The translations under genes were made by a program, and so were the position numbers. A DNA stretch of 64,000 nucleotides from Felis catus. Its lineage: Eukaryota. The notes below the pieces were generated by a model. That model was not told the DNA's origin. It worked only from the letters and a program-made list of their open reading frames with translations, and searched no databases. Positions 53,401-64,000 of this stretch are shown here, piece by piece. Numbering within the stretch: the stretch's first letter is position 1; every line of letters begins with the position of its first letter. Location of the stretch: NCBI RefSeq assembly GCF_018350175.1, contig NC_058368.1:203486001-203550000 (forward strand). Direction: 5' to 3'.

Positions 53401-56271
53401 CCATGATTCCAGAAGATAACCTCAGTGACAAGATCACACTTCCAATGTTTAATATCATCCACAGTGCAGTACTGAAAAAATATAACCTTTGTTATTCTGG
53501 GCCTCATACGTTAGAGAATTTTAAAGCCAGAAGTTATTTATCCCTTTGCCTAAATATTAGCCCTAGGTCTCACAATTGTTTGTGTCAGAACCAGAAATAT
53601 AATCTAGATTTCCTAACTTCTAGGTCTCATGCACCTCTTTTTTCACCTGACAATGTCGTAATTACACACTCTGTGAGTCTGACGAATATTCTCAATTGTT
53701 CTTTTCTCCTCAGGTGAACATTGTAGAAGACACTATCAGAGGAGATAATTAAAACACAGGTTATCAATCATTTGTCATTCCACATTTTACTCGTATCTGG
53801 ACAGACTCAGCATTCTCCAATAGTAATGAAAGCCTTGAAAGTAAAGGCTAAGAAACTAAATATCTTCCTGTAAGAAACAGCGCCGGGAAATACACCTTGG
53901 TCAGAAGATAAACCCAGAATAACATCCAACAGCAAATAGCATACACATCTCCTGAGTCAAAGGCTGAGTTGAGCTTCAAAATATTGCTCAATTTAAAAGA
54001 CATCCCCTTTCCTTTCTATGCATTTTAAGACATTTTTAAATGAAAAATCATTAAAAATCTACTGGTTAAAGATGATCTGCCTCTCCAACAAAAACATGTT
54101 ACTTTTTATTAGCTTTACTAGTCTCTGTACAGTAGTGCTGAAGATAAAACATTACAAGAAAATAGTGATGATTTATGTAAAGGCTCTTAAAATGGTTCTC
54201 TTTGCAAAATGTAGGGCAGGGGGCAACCACTCCCATGGGTCCTGTCCCTGTCTAATCTTCCAGTTCCTTCCATAGGAACCTCACACATTTAGAACTGAGG
54301 ACAGTGCCTCACCTGCTTCTCTCTACCCAGGGGGAAAGCTCCCTGGGCTCCGGCTGTCAGTCTTACAGCTGCTTTGATGAAAGATAGGGATCTAGATGGG
54401 GTCCCCTCCATCTGCACACCAGCCTCCCTTCACTGCGCCCCTGTAGGAGACAGCCACTGTGACAAAACAGTTCACCTCAACCTCATCCCTCCCCACCTGG
54501 GATTTACTTCCAGCTTCTGCTCTTTCCTGACGGGAGCTGAGGGATACCCAGCTTTCTCTTTATCCTCCACCAACATAATGCCAGCCACAAATTTCTAATT
54601 TTCCCTAATAGCCACTTAGTGAGGTGGCTTTGAAAAATTCACTTGGTAATAAAGACAAGTCAGATAGGAAGGAACAAAAAAAAATTCCCTCCAAATGACA
54701 GAAGCAAATATTTTTAAGACAAAATATTATGTAAATGAAACTGGCTCCCAAACCTTTACACAATTCATTTCTTCCTAAAACATTCGTCTGCTGTCATGTG
54801 GATACAGCCTTGTGCATTTGCAGTAGTCCTAAAAGGGTAGTGTTTATCAATAAAATGTTCCTAAGTACCAAAACTAATTATACTTTATATTGCTAAATCT
54901 GGAAGTTGCTTTATTTAAAAAAAAATCTGAGGTTTTTATCTTTACCAAATATGTGGCTTCCTTGCTGTCTGTATTTCATTTCCCTTGCTTATTTACCAAA
55001 AGATAAACTAGTCACATTTCCCCCCTGGCTTTGCTTAGTTCTAATTTTTTTTAACCTCACGGACAATTTCTTTTGAAGTTTGAGAATGGGAGATCCTGTC
55101 CTTAGGTTTACTGAGTTTGTTGTAATTTAAAATTTTACTCAATTTAAAAATGCTCTAACAGAAATTCAACCAACAAACTTAAAATTCAAAAACAGAGTTG
55201 AAAACAGCAGCAGAGTTTGCTACCTAAATTCTAACTCATAAGCAATGAGTCCATAGGGATTTTTTTTTCCCTCTCGCAGCCCCCATTGTTCTCTGAAAAA
55301 ATGATTTGGCATCATCCCTCAGGCCTTCAGTGCTCAGATTGGGATCTGGTGTTAAGAATCCTCACTGAAAGACGCCCCAAGTGCTTACTGGGAATGTCCT
55401 CGACTAGCTTAAAAAGGCTTTTTCTCCACTCATTATGTAGAATCTATCCGCTGCCATCCAGCCCTAGATTTCTAAGCAAAAAAACCAAATTGTATTTAAT
55501 CTTGGCACAAAACTAGCTCAAGAGTCAGGTCTCTACCCCAAGCAAAAGAAAGGGAGGAGCAACTTGGCACATAGAGCAAGCCCTCAAGTTAGGGCAAAAG
55601 GCTGTCATTACTACTACTGTGGTAGTATTAATAATTAAGTGGAAGAGGCAGTTATGCAGAACAAGTGTCTACGTTTAGGAAAGGAATAAAGAAGCAGAGG
55701 ACATGCGTTTGAGTATGTATTCAGAACCCAGAACTTTCTGGAAGAATAAAATCAGGCACCTGAAAGAGAAAAATACAGGAACATCAATGTAAAGAACCAC
55801 TGTCCTTACTCCTTAGATCCTTCCAACACAGATACCCCCAAACTTCAATACTGATATTTCTGAAGTTCAGAGTCCTCAGACTGGGTACCCAGGACTTTTC
55901 TATTCACAGGAGAGTGTCCGAAGAGGGGTCCTGGCTCTGCCACTGGAACAGGTTTCTTCACCTTCCTGGACTCCAACACATACATCTAAGGTCAATACTC
56001 CTTTCTGCTTCCCTCTGTTATTTGTCAAAGACGACGAACTCACATGTTTATTCTTGTACGGCACTTAAATTTCTTTGATAAATCAAATATCCAAAGTTGC
56101 CTTCCAATTACAATGGGCTGCTTTCCCAGTTGTACTAAGCAATTCTTTTACTGGGCTTATTTCTATCAATCTAGAAGCTGACCTCCAAAAGAGAAAGAAC
56201 CCAGCACCAATTCATATAAATAACATTAATCTGTTATAAGTAAATATTGAACTAGTGCAAAAGCTGTTCAT

Positions 56272-56583
56272 GTATGTGGAGGAAGGTGGTCAAAAGGTAC
56301 AAACTTCCTGTTGTAAACAGGTACTAGGGATGTAATGAACAACGTTAACGCTGCTATATGATAAGCAGGAAAGTTGTTAAAAGAACAGATCCTAGGAGTT
56401 CTCTCACAAGGAGAAATATTTTTTCTTTTCTTTTTGTTGTATCTATATGAGATGATGGATGTTACCTAAACCTACCGTGGTGAGCATTTCACAATATATG
56501 TAAGTCAAATCATCATGCTGCATACCTTAAACTTACACTGATGCATGTTAATTATTTCTCAATAAAACAGGGAAAAAGGAAAA
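56272..56583 (+). mobile_element. L1 3'UTR fragment (L1MA9/L1_Carn-like)
   Basis: ggtggtcaaaaggtacaaacttcc; catttcacaatatatgtaagtcaaatcatcatgctg; ctcaataaaacagggaaaaa. Confidence 0.88.
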
Positions 56584-58526
56584 TGGGCCATATTAGCTCT
56601 TGGCCCTCTTCTTAATTCATGCTTTGCAGTTAAAAAAAAAAACCTATTTTTCAATCAATTCCAAATAATCTGACAGGCTCTGTATTTCAAAAAAAAAAAA
56701 AAAAAAAGACCAGATGTCTAAGAAGAGGTGCTTGAAGAGGAGTGTGTATTTGTGTATGTATGTTTAATAAATGAGTAAGGTAACTTCTCACAGTTATACT
56801 TCTGATTGCAAAAAATACAAGAATAAACTACTTCTCATATACATTTCCCTATTTTTAAACATGGCGAAAATAGGTAAAACAGTAAAAATAATACCAGCTA
56901 CGTAAATAAATCCAGGAAACATTGCTACCTAGTGCTATAAAGTAGGAAGAATATACCCTAATCCACCCACAAATGAGCATGACTTTGGTTAAAGGCAAAA
57001 CAGTATTTCTTTCTCATAAGTTAGCCAAAAAGTTTTCTAAGTCCTTTCTCCCTTTGCCCATAAAATTTAAATACATCAAATCAAAATAGCCAAACCCCAC
57101 TGACAACTGAAACAGGAATGAGAAAGCCAGAATGGTATAGGCAAGAAGGAGCCATTGTAGATACTTGAGCACAAATTAATTTTAAAATGACATACTTTTG
57201 AACTATTATCCTGAGGGCAGTCTCTTTATCCCTTAGCTAGAATTCAAGCAATTTATTGAAATGCTCTCCTAATTCACGGATAGTCTAGGATGTTCTCAAC
57301 CACAAGGACGTGCTCTTCTAAAGGCACAAGTTGGAATAAACTCTGAGAATTTTCCAAAAAACCTGCTAAATGCCCCGAACATTAGGAAATGTTCTTCCTC
57401 CCTATCCCACAGCTTCAGCAGGGGCCACTGTTGTTCTTGCAAGTGTACTACATCTTTTAAGTATATGACGCTTTCTTGCAATTCACTAGTTTCGTGCAGG
57501 CGTAGTAGTTCATTACTACTAGCCCTGTCACCCTAGGCAGTTTGCTTCATCTTCCCAGGCCACCAGCCTCCAGCTGCTCTCCCTCCTTCTCCTCCTCCCA
57601 CTCCTCCTTTTTGTTCTCTTTCTTCCTCCCACACCCCACCTGTGAAGCAAGGGCAGCAGAACTAAGAAATTTAACGTCTTTTCCAACTATAAAGGTTCAC
57701 AATTTTATAACTGTTCATGCTGATAAGGGGAGATGATAGACAAAGGGGAGAAAAAGACAAAGGCTTGATCTGAGCTCCATAAATTCTGGGTTATGTTGAT
57801 TTCTGTGAAAAGTTATTTGTGAAATTTATGGAATTGTCTAGACAGTGATCAATCTACAAAATTATCTGTATATATAGTTTGTCTTGCAAGTTTTGGTCCT
57901 GTACCCAGCTTTTATGCCTAACTGAAAAATTCAAGGCTAGCTGCGTACCCATTTTTAAAGACTTGTCTTTAGATAAAAACAAAGCAGGCTAGAAAATAAT
58001 ACTATTTACCTCCGTCCTTCTCTTCTAACTAAACTATAAGTAAAGTTCAATGAAACAAATTTACTCACACAAAAATAATGATTTTAAAGATTAGGAAACA
58101 TTCAAATTTTTCATAGTTAACTGCAAAGAAAAAGGTAATTTTAATATGGAGCTCTTACTACAGCTTTCCACAATTGCATGCTATTTATGAACATAATTTC
58201 TACTTTACTGTATTCATTTTCTAGTTATTTGTGTGAAAGTATTTTATTGAACATTTAGCAATCAAAATGTTTTTAGACCTCAAAGTCATTCACTAAATTA
58301 AAAAAAAAATCTCTGCAATAATCATTCAGAACTCAATACTAGATTACATATTTCTTGAGGTCAAGTGCCATGTGTCATTATCTTCTACATAGTTCAAAGA
58401 TTATAGCATATCAAGCAAGCACTAGATGTTTCACAATGCACTTCGTATTAAATTACACTCCTCTGTTACCTTGCACACATATAAAACATATTCCTCACTG
58501 GTTACTTACTGCAGAAGATGTGCACT

Positions 58527-59007
58527 GTAGTCAGTGTCCTGACTATGACACAGAATTTATCCCAACTGACCCGGAAGAAGAGACTGGAACAAAGTTACCA
58601 GTCATGGAGGTGTAGGTAGGGGAAATTAACAAGCAAGGAATGATGATGGCAGATCAGCAACAGAGAGGAACTGTTACCACTCCTTGAACTTAAGGGGCAA
58701 GGGGAGGAAATAATATTGCAGGGACTCCAATGAAAGTTGGATCCCTGGAGGAGGGGTCATCCAGCAGGATATGTGGATCTGGAAGGACACAGCCAATGTC
58801 AGAAAAGTTACAGGCAATTGAAGAGGAGAAGGAGAGGAAGAAATACCCAGAGTTCTCTCTCCTGGGCTCTGATCTTCTGGAGATCCCATTCTCCCACCAA
58901 GAAAACTAACTGCAAGTTGACACTGGTGATGCACAGGCGTTAACACAGAGCTGAGCAGAGACGGGCAGGAAACGGATCTGAGAACCAATCTACGAAAAAC
59001 CCAGAAC
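58527..59007 (-). mobile_element. LTR33-like ERVL LTR
   Basis: tgtagtcagtgtcc start; ctgttaccactccttgaacttaaggggcaaggggagg; aaatacccagagttctctctcc. Confidence 0.7.
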
Positions 59008-60739
59008 CGTGAATACTGCCTCCTCCCAACACAATAATATTTCTAATAGTAATTAGTGGATAATCTTCTTTGTGGAAGTCTATTTAACAGAGGCAAGTTT
59101 TGTCAGATAGGGAGAATGAGTTTCAGGTCAAATTATATTTGGTAATATATATGTTTTAATAGGAGGCACACAGGACAGCATATAGATTAGGGAACCCTTA
59201 CTGGGAAGGAATTAAAATAATAAGGTGGAAAACACAAAATATGCATACAGGAGTCTGAGAACAAAAGGCAAGGACAACAAGTCAGGTTGCATTGTTGGCA
59301 AAAAGGATGTAGCCCAGTTGCCCAGACTACAGGAGAAACTGTGAGGGATTGTGTCGGGGACACATCACAGGAAAAGATGGAACCCTGATCCTTCATGAAG
59401 CCAGAAAATAGAAGTCACACAGTTCCCTTCAGCTCTTTTTATAGGCAGTAGGACAACCAGAAAAAAAAAATTCAGGGGCTATTTTCTCCTCCAAAATGTT
59501 TTCTGGGTCCTAAGATAACTTTACTTCATTTGTCATGAATAATAAAGCACCTAAAACCATTCATTCATTCATGCTTTTTACAAGGGATGCTGCTCTTAGT
59601 TATTTGCAAAATCCCTCACCATGCACGCCCAGCTGGCACATAGTAGGTATCAATAAACTTTAGTTAAATCAAAACCAGTTAAATGAATGCACGAAGAAAG
59701 ACATGTATAAATGTCTGTTGTTGTTTTAAGACACTGCACCTTTAAAGAAAACGTGATGACGTACCAACTGAGTCACAAACATAAATTACTGATATCAGAG
59801 TGTTTAAAATTCTGATCAAGGATACAGGACTAAGAAACCTAGAGGGCATGAGGTGGAAGGAAGGACAGCGCTACAAAGGGACAGCTGGAAACACAGAAAA
59901 CAAAACAGAACTCTTCATACTTCACAGCTTTGTCAAGGGAAGGTTCTGTTTACCATCAGCTGGGAGGAGACAAACAGAAGCTTTGTGCAAATATGTTTGG
60001 TGTGTTTCGTGCCAATTGAGGCAGAGTGGAGTTTCCAAGAACTTTTGTGATTTATTGTATAATTTAAACATTCTTATATAGTTGTTTTTTTTTTTTCCCC
60101 CTTCAAAAGATCTTTGTCACTACCTGGGCCATTTTTCATTCTCCACAACAGATCATTAAGTCTGTCCGAAAGCTTGGGAATAGAACATTTAATTTAGTTT
60201 CAAATTTTGAAAAAAAAAATAGTTAAGCCAATACCTATGCTTTGAAATATCACACTGCTTTATGGAGATTTAGTCTTAGAATAGAGAAGGCAGAATCAAA
60301 TTATAAATCTGCTCTTTTTTTTGAAGATGCCATGGATTTCCTAGAGGAGAACTTATACATCCAGATTATATAGAAAAAAATCATTGAAAATACATGGCAT
60401 CCATTACTTTCTAATTGTGTTCATTTCACGAGTTTTGATAAAAAAGCCCCCCTTTGCCAAATATATATCAATATTTATTTGGCTGATTAACTGGTACTCA
60501 ATAATTCAACACAGAGCTATTTTATTACTTTTCTCTGCCTAATCTTTTCCAGCAAACATATATTGGTTTTGCGTAAGTAAAGCCTCCTAACCATTCTTAT
60601 CATTTCCACTCTGCCATCTCTGACATATTAGAGTGATGAGTGGTCATTGATAAGGAGGAAAGGAGCAGGGGGGGGGGGGGGAGAGAAAACAGACAAGGCA
60701 GGTGTTACCAAAAAAATTAGGACAGCAGCCTCTGATTGT

Positions 60740-60885
60740 TAACATTAGGACTCAGCCCCTGAGTTCTAAACTCTGTTCTATCACTGAGTGACTTGGGCAT
60801 CTGTTCATTCAGCTATAAAATGAATGAGGTAGATTCGTCTGTTGCTAAAGTTCCCACTAGCTCTGAAGTATTGCACTGCTCTCTG
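60740..60885 (+). mobile_element. MIR fragment
   Basis: cctgagttctaaactctgttctatcactgagtgacttgggc...tcagctataaaatgaatgaggtaga. Confidence 0.6.
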
Positions 60886-63489
60886 TGGTTTAAGACCTCT
60901 TTCCCTTTCAATTGAAACCCCTTGTTAAAAAAATAAGATATCACTGTTTGATTTGTCCCAAATGTCACTGACTATACGCATCATCTCCAGCCTCATCCTG
61001 GAAAGACCAGAAGCTCCAACAATGCCTTAAAACTGGCCTCTTCCATATCGGAAAGGGAGTAAGAGCTGGGACACACAGCCCGGAAGACTACAACTGCAGA
61101 CTTCAAAATAAGGCCCGCACATGTCTACTTTGTAGAACAGCCTGGCTGACTTTTGACCTGACTTATTATTATTTGAAGCAGCTTACTGACACTGTCAATT
61201 ACATCACACATAATAGAACACACATCTTGTAATTGAGCCACAGATAGTGCCAAGCAACATAAAGAATCCAGGAAATACATACTTAAAATGTAAACTGCTC
61301 AAACAGAAGAGCTACCGAAGGATCTGGAAGTACATACGCAAACTGCTTCTCTGAGGCTGAATAGCTACAGCTTAGGATTCTTCAGTGGCTGCTGCCATGG
61401 TCTTGCTTTTAAAAGCCTCAATAACTTCTCAAGGCATCACATTAAACAAAAGGCCACATCTATTTCCTCCAATAAAGACTTAATCTAATATTACTCGATA
61501 TGTTTAGGACATAGAAATAAAGCATGCCTTCCAGAGGTTAGAAAAAAAAAAGAAACACAGCCTTTGAGAATTAGTAGGTACCACTCTAATCTGAAGCTTG
61601 TACTGTCCTTTTCAATCGTTGCAGAGAAACAATTAATAAAGGAACCCATTAAGACCTGATTATTGCTGCTAAAAAAGGAAGGTAGAATTTCAGTCCTTTG
61701 AAGTAACTGAGAATGATTCAGGCCTCATTACAGAGATATAATCTACATTCATACATTTATGTTAGTGATTCAAATCTATTGGGAGAGATTGAATTCCGTT
61801 AAATAGTGCATCTTTCCTGTGGAACTTTTCTCAGGCTTTCTCGGGCTAACCTAAGAGGTGACCTAACAATGAAAAGCAGTGGAGTATTTAGGGATTCAAC
61901 TGTGCTATAAAAGAAAGGCTGTACAGAAAAGAAAAAGAAGAATGAGATATAATCTAAAAAGCTATGTCAGCTTTTCCTTTGGGCTGTTTTGTAAATGCCC
62001 TTCCTGTCATCACGCTGTACAGAAGAACGGCGAGAGGACTCTAGAACTTTTAAACACTGCACCTGCTGCAACCAGATTTTAATATGGAAGTTTGACGATG
62101 TGTTTCCCCCCCCATTTCAAACAGAATAAAAACACAAAACTTCTCACAAAGATCTGAATAGCTCTCTCTGCTGGAGCAGAAAGTTGGAGTGTCTATTGTG
62201 AGCTTTAAAAAAAATTAAAAGGATCTCAAGCTGGCATCAATAGGGTTGATGCCCAGTGTAGAGAAACCTCAAAATAATAACTTCCTGTACTTTGTAACTT
62301 TTCACAGCAGAATCTTTACTGTATGGTTTCATCAAACATATTTTTAAAAACAACATGTAGTTTTAATTAGTTGTCAATTCAAACATTTGGATTCTGCTGA
62401 ACAATTGGACTGAAACTCAAGTCCCTTAGAAACACTACACTCTTTCAGGCATTTGTTAGCTCAGGTATAAAACTGTGAGCTAGAAAATTAAAATTAGCAC
62501 AGTGATTTCATTTTTAAACACCCATGCTTTAGTGAAAGAACAAAACTTTAAGCATACACGTGACATATGCTCTTTATTTGTTTAACTTTCCAATTAATAG
62601 CCACAGAAATTAGAACTGATTATATTAAATTAAAAACCCTACTGTGGTGTTCACATTGTCAAAATCTTTTCAGTAAGCATTGCAATTGGTTACAAACAAT
62701 GCAATTAAAACTCTGATTCTAGCATTACAGGGTTCTATTTCAAAGACCCTGAATGCATAGGAAAATGTAAGCGCATGCATATAAAGTCATTTTTTCAGGT
62801 CACTAAACAACATAATTGGGCAATCATTCCTAATGCCCATCTCTAAAGCTAGATTTTTTATTTCTTCGAATTTTGTTCGGTTCACAATGAAGACTAAGGT
62901 CAAACGCACACTATAGGGATTCTGGCTTGTAGTATATACACAAGCACTTCTGATTAGTTCTCTCCAGATTACAGTTGCAGAGGTCAAACTCCCAAGTTCA
63001 CCTTGAAGCGATTCTCCATCTTAGAACAGCAGTCTAAAGATTAAGCTGAACCATATGAAATTGCCACTTGGGAAGGTCAAGAAGTAGAAAATAGTGGCCA
63101 TTTCATATGCTTCCACATAAGGCTAATGTCCAGCTGCCTTACAGAAGCTAAATATTTTACATTACATCTTCATTAACTCCCTCCAGTTAAGCCTTCCCTC
63201 GTTCACCGAAATTCTAGTAGTGAGCCTCTAGGAGCTCTCTCTTACTCGTGTTGGAACCAATTCTGCTAGTAGTGTCCTCTCGCGCCTCTTAATTCTTGGC
63301 AAGGCTTCCTAGCCAGGGATTTGGTTCTGTCTACACCTGTGTTGTGGGCACTGCTAGCAGTAAGGGTGTTCCGAGGTGGTGAGTATGGAACCGAGAGGGA
63401 GACTGGTAGTTCACTTGCATTGCAAAACAAAACTCTCTTAACATAGAAAGTAAAGATAGAAAAAAGAAAATGCCCCTTTTATGACAGGG

Positions 63490-64000
63490 TGCAAAGGAAA
63501 TCGCATAGAAAACAGCAGAATTTGGCCAAATCGCATGGTTAAATCTTCGCAATCTCAGTAAAGTGGGTTCGCTTTGAAGTGCACGCGTGGTTCAGTAACC
63601 GACTCATGCTAGCAATTAGAAATCCGTCTTTTCGGTCCCCGATTTCATTTGCGCCAAGAGAGAGGCGACTTTTAAGGGTGACGATAAATCTCCCTGAGCT
63701 TAAAAGGCAGAGAGGGCCAAAGTGTGAACTTTTTACTTCAGCAACGGAAGCGAGAAATCAGTGATTCATTAAAGCAGAGACCTCCTTGGAAGCTGGCAGA
63801 AGAGGAGGAAAAGAAGCTAATTATGGTCTCCCTTCTCTGGGCTCACTCCGACCAGTTTATAATCTGCTGCTTTGGAAGGTTTATCCTCAGCATCTTCTGC
63901 TTTCTCCCCCAGGCCTCCCCTCCTTCTGGGAGCCAGAGGGGGCGGGAGGGGGGAACAGTCAGCCGAGCACCAAGCTCCAGGTGGCTCTCAAGTACTGCAC
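63490..64000. promoter_or_regulatory. CpG-island shore / probable promoter-proximal region continuing beyond the window
   Basis: Clear rise in non-repeat CpG (roughly 17-18 by eye in the last 500 bp); GC box gggggcggga near 63938; no interspersed repeat seen after ~60900. Confidence 0.5.

Noticed and set aside
53714..53760. Good plus-strand acceptor (ttcttttctcctcag)
   Set aside because: No matching strong donor or sustained reading frame downstream
60668..60681. G14 homopolymer (also C13 at 43419-43431)
   Set aside because: G-quadruplex-capable, but isolated homopolymers are common and their length is unreliable in assemblies

Overview
Mammalian nuclear DNA from a felid (Carnivora, Felidae), judged by many tRNA-Lys-derived CAN-SINEs of the SINEC_Fc type and felid/carnivore L1 3' ends. 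The window is AT-rich and repeat-dense, and reads as intergenic or deep-intronic. I found no protein-coding exon, RNA gene or CRISPR array that I can support. The listed ORFs come from SINEs, decayed L1, simple repeats or chance. Content: about 22 SINEC copies or fragments (many with target-site duplications, TSDs), old MIR/L2/L3 and DNA-transposon remnants, several solo LTRs, and a nested L1-in-L1 block (42.6-51.7 kb). The last ~3 kb is repeat-free with rising CpG, like the edge of a CpG island whose gene lies outside the window. The most notable oddities are (i) a ~335 bp mRNA-3'UTR-like insert inside an MLT2 LTR, (ii) a perfect 30-bp inverted copy of the flank inside a SINE tail, (iii) a SINE hit by both an ERV solo LTR and another SINE, (iv) a young CpG-rich solo LTR, and (v) a tail-only retro-insertion. 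I see no convincing new biological system. Repeat family names are from memory of consensus sequences, not from a database search, and boundaries of old elements are approximate.
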